Of a stretch of 64,000 bases of DNA, positions 10,973 through 20,933 are shown piece by piece; position 1 is the stretch's first letter; each line of letters begins with the position of its first letter. This DNA is from Methanomassiliicoccales archaeon (GTDB lineage Archaea; Thermoplasmatota; Thermoplasmata; Methanomassiliicoccales; JACIVX01). Both the position numbers and the translations under genes were made by a program. The stretch is taken from the NCBI GenBank assembly GCA_038850735.1, contig JAWCLO010000008.1, positions 10,899 through 74,898 of the forward strand, read 5' to 3'. Below the pieces are notes generated by a model. That model saw only the letters and a program-made list of their open reading frames with translations. It ran no database searches and was not told where the DNA came from.

Positions 10973-12157
10973 TTACTCTTGAGCTATAATCTTCCGACTT
11001 AGATTTTCCGCAAGCTGGACGACACTTTCATGGTCATTTTCAGTTGGAGGCCCATTTATCTCGATTGCACCTACCAACTCAATCTTTGTTGGTTCAAATA
11101 TCTCCATAGCTTGCTTAGCCGCACCGCCTCCCCAACCGTATGAACTCAAAACGGCTACAAATTTTGCAGGTGGCTTTAGAGCCTTAGTAAGCATCGCAAT
11201 ATAAAGTGCCACTGGATGAAGTCCGCCAAGAACCGTAGGTGCCCCGAGTACGATAGCTCTAGAATCGACCAAATCCTCTGCAATATTCCCTATGTCAGAA
11301 TTCGCAATGTTGTAGAGTCTTACATTGATGCCGTTTGATTGTAACACTTCTACCATCGTATCGATCATTGCTGCAGTTGAATTCCACATTGAGGCATACA
11401 CAACGAGTACCTTTTTCTCTGTGTCTCCAGCCGTCCATTTCTTATAATATTCAAGTATTCTCTTTGGATTCCTGTGAATCGGCCCGTGACTGGGAGCTAT
11501 TAAGTCCACCTCAATCTTTTCGATTTTTTCGAGTGCTTTCTGCCCCATTTTCCTGAACGGCATCATGATTTCTCCAAAATAACGCTTGGCAATGGATGGA
11601 AGCTGATCTACCTCATCGTCGTAGAAGCCAAAAGCAGTATGCATTCCCAGGAAGTCGCAGGGAAAGAGCACTTTGTTTTCTTCAAGATATGTAAACATGG
11701 TTTCAGGCCAGTGAAGCCACGGAGCATCAATGAATCTGAGCGTCTTGCCACCTAGATCAATCTGGTCACCCTCTTTCACAACAATCGTCCTGTCTGGTGG
11801 AACACCATAGTAAATTCCTGCGGCTTTGGCACCTTTTTCAGTCGCAATGAGTTTAGCCTTCTTCGCTGCCTGCATGATGAATGGAATACCGCCGGCGTGA
11901 TCTGGTTCCGCATGATTCATGACGACATAATCGATTGACGAGATGTCGACGAGACTCCCTATTTTTGCAGCCCAGTGTTCTTCAAAACCAGGATTCACGG
12001 TGTCAATAAGCGCGATTTTTTCCTCTCCCCTGACGAGGTACGCGTTATATGAAGTGCCATGTGGTAAGGGTATTAATGCATCAAATAATCGTCGCCACCA
12101 ATCTTTAATACCAACCCAATAAACGGAGTCTGAAATTTCTCTTACATCATACTTCAT
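10973..12157 (-). CDS. fprA: Flavodiiron protein (FprA-type O2/NO reductase)
   Basis: N-terminal MBL-like di-iron domain (NHAEPDHAGG) plus a C-terminal flavodoxin-like domain. 394 aa. Confidence 0.85.
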   Translation of the reverse strand: MKYDVREISDSVYWVGIKDWWRRLFDALIPLPHGTSYNAYLVRGEEKIALIDTVNPGFEEHWAAKIGSLVDISSIDYVVMNHAEPDHAGGIPFIMQAAKKAKLIATEKGAKAAGIYYGVPPDRTIVVKEGDQIDLGGKTLRFIDAPWLHWPETMFTYLEENKVLFPCDFLGMHTAFGFYDDEVDQLPSIAKRYFGEIMMPFRKMGQKALEKIEKIEVDLIAPSHGPIHRNPKRILEYYKKWTAGDTEKKVLVVYASMWNSTAAMIDTMVEVLQSNGINVRLYNIANSDIGNIAEDLVDSRAIVLGAPTVLGGLHPVALYIAMLTKALKPPAKFVAVLSSYGWGGGAAKQAMEIFEPTKIELVGAIEINGPPTENDHESVVQLAENLSRKIIAQE

Positions 12158-12400
12158 GATTCTATCACCCGCTAAGCAAAACTCGCAGTGCCCAAATTAT
12201 GAATGAGCGAGTTTAGAAAAAAAATGGGTGCACATCGCATATTAAACTATCGCTAGGAAAAATCAATAACAGAAATTTTATCAAATCTAACTACTGGATG
12301 AGGATTATTCATAGCGAAAGCTACCTTCAACACATCAACCGATAATACAAGCCAAAAGTCATTTCAATAAGAAAGAAGATCATGCAAGCCTGAATGATCT

Positions 12401-12889
12401 ATGGCCAATGAACAAGTAAGAGTCGGTATGAGCGCCCCCAGATTCGAACTACCCTCGACTATAGAGGAAAAAATAAAGCTTGAAAGCATACTGGGTAGCG
12501 GTCCAGTTGTGCTCATGTTCTACGTCTCGGACTGGGGAATGATGTGTAATGTGGTAATTCGAACTTTTCGCGATATGTATGATAAATTCCTCGAGCATAA
12601 CGCGAGAATCCTTGCAATCAGCACAAACAGCATCTTCAGCCATCGTGCGTGGGCAGCTCATTTGAAAATTCCATTTCCTCTGCTAAGCGATTTTGATGGG
12701 AGTATCTCAAAAAAATACGGTGTCCTGTGCGGAGAAGAAGGATACCTCAAGGGCTATTCTAATCGAGCGATTTTCATTATCGACTCCAAAGGCATCATAA
12801 GATACGTTTGGATTGCAGAAGATCCATCCTTTGAGCCCGATTACGACAAAATTCTTTTTGAAGTCGCAAAGTTAGCTGATGGTTCTTGA
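12401..12889 (+). CDS. Peroxiredoxin (AhpC/TSA family)
   Basis: Thioredoxin-fold peroxiredoxin layout. The putative peroxidatic Cys context is FYVSDWGMMCN. 162 aa. Confidence 0.7.
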   Translation: MANEQVRVGMSAPRFELPSTIEEKIKLESILGSGPVVLMFYVSDWGMMCNVVIRTFRDMYDKFLEHNARILAISTNSIFSHRAWAAHLKIPFPLLSDFDGSISKKYGVLCGEEGYLKGYSNRAIFIIDSKGIIRYVWIAEDPSFEPDYDKILFEVAKLADGS

Positions 12890-12896
12890 GAACTAC

Positions 12897-13457
12897 CTAG
12901 TACTTTGAAAATTCCAACTGATAGAATTCATCAAAAATAAATCGGGCTTTTAATGAGAACCTAGAGAATAGATTTAGCATCTCTTCGAAAGAAAGCCTTT
13001 CGTGCAGGGGCGGACCAAAAGATGCAGGTTTCTTTTGAAAATCAACAACGCTAACTCTTCCACCAGATTTCAGAACCCGAGCGATTTCGTTAACCAACAA
13101 CTCTTTAGCATCGACTTCATGGACAACATTGACCGCTACTACATGATCGACTACAGCTGATTTCAATGGCAGGAGGGGGAGTTTACACAAGAGGGGAATT
13201 ATCCTATCTCTCAACATTGAGGGGGTTTTCTTCAAGAGGGTATCAAGCATGATCCTCTCGATATCCAAGGCGATTACATTCGCGCCGCGGGCTGCGAGCG
13301 GGATCGAAATGTATCCAATTCCGCATCCCAAGTCTAAACATGTTTCAGATCCATTTATTGCAGCCCTATCTATAATCTCTTGAGCAGGCTGGATGCGCCA
13401 GCGCCAACTTTCATCAAGCTTATTTCTATCCTTTACATTGAATCTATGTGGAGTCAT
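12897..13457 (-). CDS. Class I SAM-dependent methyltransferase
   Basis: Motif I LDLGCGIGY. 186 aa. Confidence 0.75.
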   Translation of the reverse strand: MTPHRFNVKDRNKLDESWRWRIQPAQEIIDRAAINGSETCLDLGCGIGYISIPLAARGANVIALDIERIMLDTLLKKTPSMLRDRIIPLLCKLPLLPLKSAVVDHVVAVNVVHEVDAKELLVNEIARVLKSGGRVSVVDFQKKPASFGPPLHERLSFEEMLNLFSRFSLKARFIFDEFYQLEFSKY

Positions 13458-14128
13458 TTCGCTTCTCCCAGGACGGCTTCTTTTACGATTAGACGGCCAT
13501 GATCGCGACCAATTTCCTCAGAGATTTCAAGCAATTGCAATGGTGCCTTATGAAGTGGTGAATCAAGCACGAGACTTTCATATTCTCCACCCTCTCCTGC
13601 AATATGAACGCCAAAGCGGTCGTGAATCATTTTGAGAAATGCCAAGAAAGAATCATCGATTTCTATTCCAAGATGGGAACTGTCAAGACCCTCCGACGAT
13701 ACACTTACCACGATCGACTTAATACCAGCTTCGATTTCCTCCTTAACAATCATATATTCGTCTTTCCGCCAGAGGGGTGATAACATTGGAATTTCGAGTT
13801 CTTCGCATACACTATTGATTCTTTCCCACTGAAATTCCGATGCAATAGCACCGGTCACAATTCCGTCCACTTCTACGCTTTGGAGGGCTGATTTGAGCGC
13901 AAGCAAGTCTTCCTCTTCAGTTTTGCCACCCTTCACCATGATAAGAGGTTTCTCCATTGCACGTGATTGGAGCGGCAAGAGCTGGAGATTTGGCGTGTGG
14001 AATAACCACGAATGTGGATCCGTAGGCACAACGCCAATAAGATACTCAACAACATGCCCCTGCTGTTCGATGAGGTAGGTGGCGAACGTAGAATCTTTTC
14101 CACCCGAAAATAACGATGCAAATTTCAT
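13454..14128 (-). CDS. Diphthine-ammonia ligase-like ATP pyrophosphatase (Dph6/MJ0570 family)
   Basis: PP-loop FSGGKDS at the N-terminus. 224 aa. Confidence 0.7.
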   Translation of the reverse strand: MKFASLFSGGKDSTFATYLIEQQGHVVEYLIGVVPTDPHSWLFHTPNLQLLPLQSRAMEKPLIMVKGGKTEEEDLLALKSALQSVEVDGIVTGAIASEFQWERINSVCEELEIPMLSPLWRKDEYMIVKEEIEAGIKSIVVSVSSEGLDSSHLGIEIDDSFLAFLKMIHDRFGVHIAGEGGEYESLVLDSPLHKAPLQLLEISEEIGRDHGRLIVKEAVLGEAK

Positions 14129-14261
14129 TATTGATTACCATTAATTCTCCTCAATTTCAACATTTCTTCTATTCGCACCTTAGCACTTTCTCCCTACAAT
14201 CGGAAATCGACCAGAGCTGATTGCAATCCCACAGGCAGAATTTTAATTACTATCATTTCTG

Positions 14262-14447
14262 ATGCCTCTAATAATGTACTATTGTCCGCGCTGCGAGAAA
14301 TCGATAAAGAAAGAAAAAATCGATGAAATCGATCGAAAATTGAAAGAAAGATTCGACATAGATTCTCTGTCAAAGAAGATATGTCCTGTCTGCGGCTGTC
14401 CATTGATTGATCTTGATTCCAAGAAAGGTGAGAAACGTGCGAATTGA
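14262..14447 (+). CDS. Small zinc-ribbon protein (hypothetical)
   Basis: Two CxxC knuckles (CPRCEK, CPVCGC). It ends 4 nt before the best ATG of the next gene. Confidence 0.4.
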   Translation: MPLIMYYCPRCEKSIKKEKIDEIDRKLKERFDIDSLSKKICPVCGCPLIDLDSKKGEKRAN

Positions 14448-14451
14448 GGAC

Positions 14452-15147
14452 ATGACCAGTTGTGAATTCAGAGAGATCATAAAAAGGGATCCGATAGTTT
14501 TTCTTCCTATCGGGGCAACAGAGGCGCATGGAGCACATCTACCACTTTCCACAGATTCGCTTCAGCCAGAGGCAATTTCAGAAATGCTAGCAATCAGATT
14601 GAACGGACTGGTTGCTCCGTCGATAAAATACGGGTATCATAGTTCGACCAAGAACATGGCGGGAACGATCGGATTAGAGTTTGAAACGCTCCGTAATCTC
14701 GTCTTTGACGTTATTTCATCGCTTGCAAAGAATGGGATAAATAAAATTGTCGTTATAAGCGGGCACGCTGGTGTATTGCATATGGCAGCTCTCAGACTTG
14801 CTTGCCAACAAGCGGTCGAATCATTTGATCTTAAACTAATGCTCGTCGCTGATTACGAATTTGCCAAAGAAATAACTTGCGAGCTTGGATGCAACAACAA
14901 GGATGGACACGGCGGTTTTGTCGAAACAGCTAGAGTTCTCGCAATAAGACCTGAATTAGTAAAAGAAACACACGTCAAGGGGACATTCATCGATAAGAAT
15001 TTCATGATTGTTAGAAACCCAGAAACCTGCTATCCCCAGGGTATTGTTGGTAATCCCAGTGAAGCATCCGTCGAAGTGGGCAAGCGCATCAATGAATATA
15101 TCGCACAAAGAATTGAGAAGTTGGTTCGCTTGAATTTTGGGGACTGA
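14452..15147 (+). CDS. Creatininase-family amidohydrolase
   Basis: Motif LPIGATEAHGAHLPL. The start is moved to the internal ATG (MTSCEF...) that follows the upstream small ORF. Confidence 0.75.
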   Translation: MTSCEFREIIKRDPIVFLPIGATEAHGAHLPLSTDSLQPEAISEMLAIRLNGLVAPSIKYGYHSSTKNMAGTIGLEFETLRNLVFDVISSLAKNGINKIVVISGHAGVLHMAALRLACQQAVESFDLKLMLVADYEFAKEITCELGCNNKDGHGGFVETARVLAIRPELVKETHVKGTFIDKNFMIVRNPETCYPQGIVGNPSEASVEVGKRINEYIAQRIEKLVRLNFGD

Positions 15148-15151
15148 TATC

Positions 15152-15817
15152 ATGAACAAGAAGGAGATAGCCGCGTTGAAGGCTGTTGAGGAGATTAAAG
15201 ACGGTATGATAGTTGGTTTAGGAACTGGGAGTACCACATATTATGCGCTGCAAAGAATCGGTGAGCTCTGCAAGCGCGGGCTCAATATTGTAGGTGTACC
15301 AACATCTATCGAAACGGAAAAAATCGCACAGTGCTTAGGCATTCCGTTGATGTCGATCGACGACGTAGATCACATTGATGTCACTATCGATGGAGCCGAT
15401 GAAGTTGATCCTGATTTTAGACTAATAAAAGGTCTCGGCGGTGCTTTGCTCCGTGAGAAAATTGTAGCGCATTTATCGCGGCAGGAGGTTATAATCGTTG
15501 ATGATACGAAACTCGTTTCTGCATTAGGAACGAAGTCTCCGTTGCCAGTTGAGGTCATTCCTTTTGGCCACAAGCATACAAAAAAGAGGCTGGAAGAGCT
15601 CGGATGCATTGCATATTTAAGGGGAGGGGAGAAACCCTTCGTTACGGACAATGGACATTACATATATGATTGCAAATTCGGAAGAATAGAAACTCCAGGA
15701 GATTTAGAAAAACGGTTGAAATCCATTCCAGGAGTTGTAGAAACGGGACTTTTCATAGACATTGTGACAAAAATAATAATTGGAACTGAGCAAGGTGTCC
15801 TCGTAAGATTCCGTTGA
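15152..15817 (+). CDS. rpiA: Ribose-5-phosphate isomerase A
   Basis: Motifs GLGTGST, DGADEVD and KGLGGALLREK. The ATG at 15152 lies just after the upstream stop. Confidence 0.9.
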   Translation: MNKKEIAALKAVEEIKDGMIVGLGTGSTTYYALQRIGELCKRGLNIVGVPTSIETEKIAQCLGIPLMSIDDVDHIDVTIDGADEVDPDFRLIKGLGGALLREKIVAHLSRQEVIIVDDTKLVSALGTKSPLPVEVIPFGHKHTKKRLEELGCIAYLRGGEKPFVTDNGHYIYDCKFGRIETPGDLEKRLKSIPGVVETGLFIDIVTKIIIGTEQGVLVRFR

Positions 15818-15843
15818 TCGGAGCAGTTGACTAAAGTCGATTT

Positions 15844-16257
15844 TTAAGAAGTTTCGGAGCCCTTTATTATCCCTTCAGGGGCTGCAATGACGAGCTGCTT
15901 CAATTGATTGACATTCTGTTCAATTTTCTCAATCCGTTTTTTCTCTTCCCTTTCAATCATCTCAACAATCTTTTCGAAGGGTACTGCTAAGCGGTACGCA
16001 TGAATAGGTCTGCCCTTACCCTCCTTCTTAATATCCCTTTTTGTCACCCATTTTCTTCGACGAAGCTCCTGCATAGCAATCGAGACTTCGGGCTGTCGTA
16101 GGGCTGTCGACATTTCAATCTCAACAGACGTAGTTTCAGTTTTCTTTCTAAGAAAAGCGAGTGTTTTCGCAACATTTTTCGGCATACCAGTATTCGTCAG
16201 AAGCTCAACAAGCATCTCATCTTCCTTACTGAAGCCTCTTTCCACCATAATCTTCAT
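15844..16257 (-). CDS. Winged-helix transcriptional regulator (ArsR/TrmB-like)
   Basis: wHTH-like core (TSVEIEMSTALRQPEVSIAMQELRRRKWV) followed by a coiled-coil tail. Confidence 0.55.
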   Translation of the reverse strand: MKIMVERGFSKEDEMLVELLTNTGMPKNVAKTLAFLRKKTETTSVEIEMSTALRQPEVSIAMQELRRRKWVTKRDIKKEGKGRPIHAYRLAVPFEKIVEMIEREEKKRIEKIEQNVNQLKQLVIAAPEGIIKGSETS

Positions 16258-16426
16258 TTTTTAATTATTCGAATCATATATATTCTTTTCTATTTCTAAA
16301 TTTGATTCAAATTTACTCTCCTTTCGAGTCTTCAATTCACAAACTGGAAAAATTTATATGGATCAGAATTTCATTGGTACATGCATTGAAAGCCAGATGA
16401 TCATTCCTTCTTGTCTTCTAATAAGA

Positions 16427-16438
16427 TTTTATATATAT
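16427..16438 (+). promoter_or_regulatory. Candidate TATA box for the L44e-S27e-aIF2alpha operon
   Basis: TTTTATATATAT lies about 40 nt upstream of the ATG at 16477. A GGTGA Shine-Dalgarno-like motif sits at 16466-16470. Confidence 0.4.
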
Positions 16439-16476
16439 GTTGAGTATTAGGGCACTTGCGCCCAAGGTGAATACTC

Positions 16477-16755
16477 ATGAAAATGCCCAGAATCATCAGG
16501 ACTTACTGTCCTCATTGTAAGACCCATACAGATCACGAGGTTGAAAGAGTTAAGAAAAGGAAGGCAAGCGAACTTAAATGGGGGCAGAGAAGATTTAGGA
16601 AGGCAACATCTGGATATGGGGGTTTTCCAAGACCGAAACCCGAAGGTCGTGAAAAACCTACGAAGCGCATCGCATTAAGGTACCGATGCAAGACTTGTAA
16701 AAAGGCACATCAGAGGCCATGCTTTAGAGCCAAAAAGTTTGAGCTGGCGGAGTGA
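16477..16755 (+). CDS. rpl44e: Ribosomal protein L44e (eL42)
   Basis: CPHCKTHT ... CKTCKK zinc knuckles in a highly basic 92-aa protein. Confidence 0.9.
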   Translation: MKMPRIIRTYCPHCKTHTDHEVERVKKRKASELKWGQRRFRKATSGYGGFPRPKPEGREKPTKRIALRYRCKTCKKAHQRPCFRAKKFELAE

Positions 16756-16940
16756 TACCTATGGCTGACGTCAGGACGGGTAAATTTATAAAAATCAAGT
16801 GCCCTGATTGCGGTAACGAGCAGATCGCCTTCAAGAAGCCATCTACCAACGTTGTCTGCCTCGTCTGTGGATCAGTATTGATCAGACCCACTGGAGGTAA
16901 GGGCGATATCAGAGGCGAGCTGCTCGGGGTGGTTGATTAA
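16752..16940 (+). CDS. rps27e: Ribosomal protein S27e (eS27)
   Basis: CPDCGNEQ ... CLVCG zinc ribbon. 62 aa. 4-nt overlap with L44e. Confidence 0.9.
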   Translation: MIPMADVRTGKFIKIKCPDCGNEQIAFKKPSTNVVCLVCGSVLIRPTGGKGDIRGELLGVVD

Positions 16941-17722
16941 TGGTTAGGATAAGCGAGTACCCTGAGGAAGGCGAGCTTGTCGTCTGCACAGTTCAGAATG
17001 TAAAGAATTTTGGTGCATTTGTAACACTCGATGAGTATGACAATAAGGAAGGGTTTATCCACGTAAGAGATGTGGCAACCGGGTGGATCAAGTATATACG
17101 CGATTACGTTCGGGAGGGGCAGAAAGTCGTGTGCAAGGTTCTCGGCGTGGATCCTTCAAAGGGGCATATCGATCTTTCATTGAAATCCGTCAATGAGCAT
17201 CAAAGAAGGGAGAAGATCCAGCAATGGAAAAATGAGAAGAAAGCGGAGAAACTCATGGAAATCGTTGCTGAGCGTTTGGGTAAAAATGTCCAAGAGTGTT
17301 ATGAGGAATTCGGATACAAGCTCATTGAGAAATTTGGGAGTCTCTATGGTGCCTTTGAACAATGTGCAATTAATCCCAAGTCACTAGCTGAGAATGGGTT
17401 CGAAGGATCTTGGACTTCCACATTCATCGAAATCGCTAAGGAGAATATTGTGCCACCATTCGTTCAAATTGATGGGCAAATTGAGTTGACTTGTCCGCTA
17501 CCAGATGGAGTCGACAAAATCAGGGGTGCACTTCTCGCAGGTCTCGATCTGGCAAAAGAAAACGTTAAAATTCAATATATTGGTGCGCCACGGTATAGAA
17601 TTGTAATTACCGCACCTGACTATAGGAGTGCCGAAGAAGAAATGAAAAGGATCAGTGAAAAAATAGTTACCACGATAAAACAGTCAGGTGGACAAGGAGT
17701 ATTCCATCGGGAAACGAAATAA
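16940..17722 (+). CDS. eif2a: Translation initiation factor aIF2 alpha subunit
   Basis: N-terminal S1 domain (GELVVCTVQNVKNFGAFVTLDEY). 260 aa. Conserved position after S27e. Confidence 0.9.
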   Translation: MVRISEYPEEGELVVCTVQNVKNFGAFVTLDEYDNKEGFIHVRDVATGWIKYIRDYVREGQKVVCKVLGVDPSKGHIDLSLKSVNEHQRREKIQQWKNEKKAEKLMEIVAERLGKNVQECYEEFGYKLIEKFGSLYGAFEQCAINPKSLAENGFEGSWTSTFIEIAKENIVPPFVQIDGQIELTCPLPDGVDKIRGALLAGLDLAKENVKIQYIGAPRYRIVITAPDYRSAEEEMKRISEKIVTTIKQSGGQGVFHRETK

Positions 17723-17802
17723 TTAGCTTTTGTTCGTTAAATTAATACGAACGAAGATATGAATGTGAAACTAAGGAGAATGATTAAGGGGAAAAATTAA
17801 TA

Positions 17803-17982
17803 ATGAAAACTTCGCTTAGAAAGTGTCTAAAGTGTCAGGAATATACTCTCGAAGAATCATGTCCGCGATGTGGATCAATGAGTGTTATTGCGACACCACC
17901 CAAATTCTCTCCCGAGGACAAATATGGGAACTATAGGAGACGACTGAGAAAGGAAAGAGGTGATGGTTACGGAGTACATTGA
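17803..17982 (+). CDS. nop10: H/ACA RNP protein Nop10 (59 aa, below the ORF-track cutoff)
   Basis: Hand translation: MKTSLRKCLKCQEYTLEESCPRCGSMSVIATPPKFSPEDKYGNYRRRLRKERG. It has the zinc ribbon plus the PxKFSPEDKYxxYRR signature. Confidence 0.85.
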   Translation: MKTSLRKCLKCQEYTLEESCPRCGSMSVIATPPKFSPEDKYGNYRRRLRKERGDGYGVH

Positions 17983-18727
17983 AACAATATTCTACGAGGA
18001 TCCGGTCCTCGAAAACCCAATACTAGTCGAAGGACTGCCAGGAGTTGGCAATGTGGGAAAACTCGCAGCAGAACATCTGTTGGAACAGCTGGGGGCCGTG
18101 AAATTTGCAGAAATTTACTCGAAATTCTTCCCGCCGCAAGTTCTCGTAGATGACGAGGGTTTGATCAGATTAGTCGGTAATGAGTTGTACTACAGCAAGG
18201 GCAATAGTGCGCGACCTGATTTGATCATTCTTGTTGGCGATTACCAAGGTCTCACCCCAGAAGGTCAATACGAGCTTTCCGATCACATTCTAAGAATAGC
18301 CAAAAAGTATGGTGTGAAGAAAATCTTCACACTTGGCGGGTATGGAGTTGGAAAGATGGTTGAAAAGCCTCGTGTTCTCGGTGCTGCGACGGACAAGGAG
18401 CTAGTTGAAGAGATGAAAAAATACGGCGTTGTATTCGCCAAAGGAGAGCCAGGAAGCGGCATAGTCGGGGCTAGTGGCCTGTTGCTCGGTCTAGGGAAGA
18501 TTCACGGTATAAGAGCGGTCTGTCTCATGGGTGAAACGTCTGGTTACTTTGTTGATCCAAAGGGTGCTGAAGTAGTACTGCGGGTTCTTGCGAAAGTACT
18601 TAACGTCGATATCGATTTCAGCGCGCTTGAGGATAAAGCCGAACAAATCGATCTTATAACCTCAAAGATACGGGAAATAGAGTCGCCACCCGAACCAAAA
18701 CGCGAAGACCTCGGATACATAGGGTAA
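17963..18727 (+). CDS. Proteasome assembly chaperone family protein (PAC2/PbaA-like)
   Basis: Motif LVEGLPGVGNVGK near the N-terminus. About 254 aa. It overlaps the nop10 3' end. Confidence 0.7.
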   Translation: MVTEYIETIFYEDPVLENPILVEGLPGVGNVGKLAAEHLLEQLGAVKFAEIYSKFFPPQVLVDDEGLIRLVGNELYYSKGNSARPDLIILVGDYQGLTPEGQYELSDHILRIAKKYGVKKIFTLGGYGVGKMVEKPRVLGAATDKELVEEMKKYGVVFAKGEPGSGIVGASGLLLGLGKIHGIRAVCLMGETSGYFVDPKGAEVVLRVLAKVLNVDIDFSALEDKAEQIDLITSKIREIESPPEPKREDLGYIG

Positions 18728-18940
18728 ACCAAGGATTCCTTAAACTAAGAAATACCCGCGTCGGCAACGATATCATTAAGTGATTCGATTAAAATAAATG
18801 CCAAAGGCGTGCCGTGTCTGGGTTTTCAGACATTATTATGCATGAATTAAATTATTCGTCTCCACGTTAAAAAAATAAAAAGGGGGGAGGTAATAGTGAC
18901 CTCTTATCTGAGAATGTGCATCCCATCCCATTCTCACAGG

Positions 18941-19180
18941 CTATTTGTTGAGGTATCGTTCCTCGAAGATCTCCATAGCGGCGAGAGTCTTTTCGGCCTC
19001 TTCCATTTTCTTGATTTTATCCATTACTAGGTCAACGCGCCCGTAAATGAAGTCCCTAATTGCAGCTCGTATCGCTTCTGAGCGCGAGGGGAAATCATCG
19101 ACTTTTACGAGGAAATCGAGTGCTCTGATGTATCTAGCAGGAAGCCGAATTGTTATTTTTTCAAGATCTTGCTCAACCAT
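18941..19180 (-). CDS. Ribbon-helix-helix (CopG/NikR-N-like) DNA-binding protein
   Basis: RHH pattern ITIRLPARYIRALDFLV ... SRSEAIRAAIRDFI. 79 aa. Confidence 0.65.
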   Translation of the reverse strand: MVEQDLEKITIRLPARYIRALDFLVKVDDFPSRSEAIRAAIRDFIYGRVDLVMDKIKKMEEAEKTLAAMEIFEERYLNK

Positions 19181-19363
19181 CCTCGCACCGGAGATCCAGA
19201 GAGGTACAAACGACCTCCTTTGTCTGACAAAAAGATATCACGACCATTGTATTTAAATATTATCATCCTTTGCTCTTGATAATAACTAGACTCCCAGCCT
19301 TAAGGATCGAGCTTTAAGCAGAACAAAATTCTAAATAGGAAACCGATAATTAGGTTGAAACAT

Positions 19364-19473
19364 CCCGACTTAGCTCAGTCTGGCTAGAGCGGCTGACTGT
19401 AGTGGGTTACCGGCTTGCCGGTTGCAAAGCCGCTGAGATCAGCAGGCCCCCGGTTCAAATCCGGGAGTCGGGA
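19364..19473 (+). tRNA. tRNA-Tyr (anticodon GTA) with a 35-nt intron at 37/38 (19403-19437)
   Basis: Acceptor CCCGACT/AGTCGGG with a C1-G72 pair and A73. D arm GCTC...GAGC. Anticodon stem GCTGA/TCAGC with loop CT-GTA-G[intron]A. T arm CCCGG-TTCAAAT-CCGGG. Confidence 0.85.
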
Positions 19474-19501
19474 CTTTTTACTTCAATCATCGATTTACTA
19501 C

Positions 19502-20788
19502 CTAACCTAATAACTTCTCTGCAACATATGATGCTTGCTTGGTGATATGAGCTTCGTCAGCTACGTTAATTACAAAATCCTTCATAAGAATATGTCCATC
19601 GCAAATTAGTGTCTTTACATTTGCTGGTGAAGAAGAATATATCAAATTAGGAATAAGAGTTGATAATCGAACAGGCTGAAGATTAGGAGCAGCGCCGTCA
19701 ATTATTACGATATCGGCGCTCTTACCCGGTTCAATCGATCCTATCTTGTCTCCAAGACCAATTGCCCGAGCTGCATTGATCGTTGCGCAGTCTAAAATCT
19801 GTTGCGCTTTCAGAATAGCGGGATCCCATCGACTAGACTTTTGAAGAAGTGAAAGAACTTTCATTTCACCAAACATATCAAGAGAATTGTTTGTAGTTGC
19901 GCTGTCGGTTCCTATCGACACATTCACTCTTTCAGCAATCATCTCTGGAACTGGGGCTACGCCACCTGTAGCAAGCTTCATATTTGATACTGGACAAGTT
20001 GAAACACTAACGCCGTGCCTTGCTAAGATCTTTATTTCATTTCTTGTGAGCCAACAACAGTGAGCTGCTAGACAGCGCGAGTCAAAGAAATGAATAGACT
20101 CCAAAAATTCTGCTGGACGCATGCCAGTTTTCTTTTTGTGATCATTGACCTCTTTACGAGTCTCTGATAGGTGAAAGTGTAGAAGAAGTTCGTTTTCTCT
20201 CGCAAATTCTCCCGCTTCAGTAAACGTGTTTTCTGAACAAACATAAACGCCCTGCAACCCGACTCCAGGAGTAATTCTCGAAGAAATGCTTCGGAAACTC
20301 TCATAAAAATGTCTACAATTATCCATCGGACGCCCTTTTTGAGTTGTAAATTCTTCATCCAGCACGGCCCAGCAAAGAACTGCTCTCAATCCCATTTCTT
20401 GCACTGCTTTTGCTATTACATCTTCTGAATAGTACAAATCTACAAAGGTTGTCGTACCGCTGCGGATCATTTCAAGACATCCGAGTTTGGTTCCTAGATA
20501 AATGTCCTCAGAGGTACGACGGCTATCTATTTCGAAGACTTTAGACAGAAATTCCTCGAAAGTCATATCATCAGCAATACCTCTCATGATCGACATCGAA
20601 ACGTGTGTATGCGTGTTAATCAAGCCCGGAATCACAATGTCGCCATGAGCATTAATCTCCTCGTCGGCGCAACAATCAACCGTTCCAAGTTGCTTGATGA
20701 TACCATCTTCAATGAGAATATCTCCTCTCAGGATTTCTCGCCTTGCATTCTGAGTTACAATCCAGGCGTCCCTTATCACCGTTTTCAT
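19502..20788 (-). CDS. Amidohydrolase, MTA/SAH deaminase-like (MtaD family)
   Basis: Metal motif INTHTHVSMS. About 428 aa counted from the internal ATG (MKTVIRDAWIV). The ORF track extends to 20830. Confidence 0.75.
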   Translation of the reverse strand: MKTVIRDAWIVTQNARREILRGDILIEDGIIKQLGTVDCCADEEINAHGDIVIPGLINTHTHVSMSIMRGIADDMTFEEFLSKVFEIDSRRTSEDIYLGTKLGCLEMIRSGTTTFVDLYYSEDVIAKAVQEMGLRAVLCWAVLDEEFTTQKGRPMDNCRHFYESFRSISSRITPGVGLQGVYVCSENTFTEAGEFARENELLLHFHLSETRKEVNDHKKKTGMRPAEFLESIHFFDSRCLAAHCCWLTRNEIKILARHGVSVSTCPVSNMKLATGGVAPVPEMIAERVNVSIGTDSATTNNSLDMFGEMKVLSLLQKSSRWDPAILKAQQILDCATINAARAIGLGDKIGSIEPGKSADIVIIDGAAPNLQPVRLSTLIPNLIYSSSPANVKTLICDGHILMKDFVINVADEAHITKQASYVAEKLLG

Positions 20789-20933
20789 CAACCTTAGATC
20801 GAGACCTGGCGTATTAAAATTTGGTATCATCTTAAAACTCGAAATTTGTACGGCGTTTTATTCAGATGACTCAGAAAAACATATTTCAAAGAGTTTCATT
20901 CATACGTCAAAAACCAGAAAAAGAGGTATAAGG

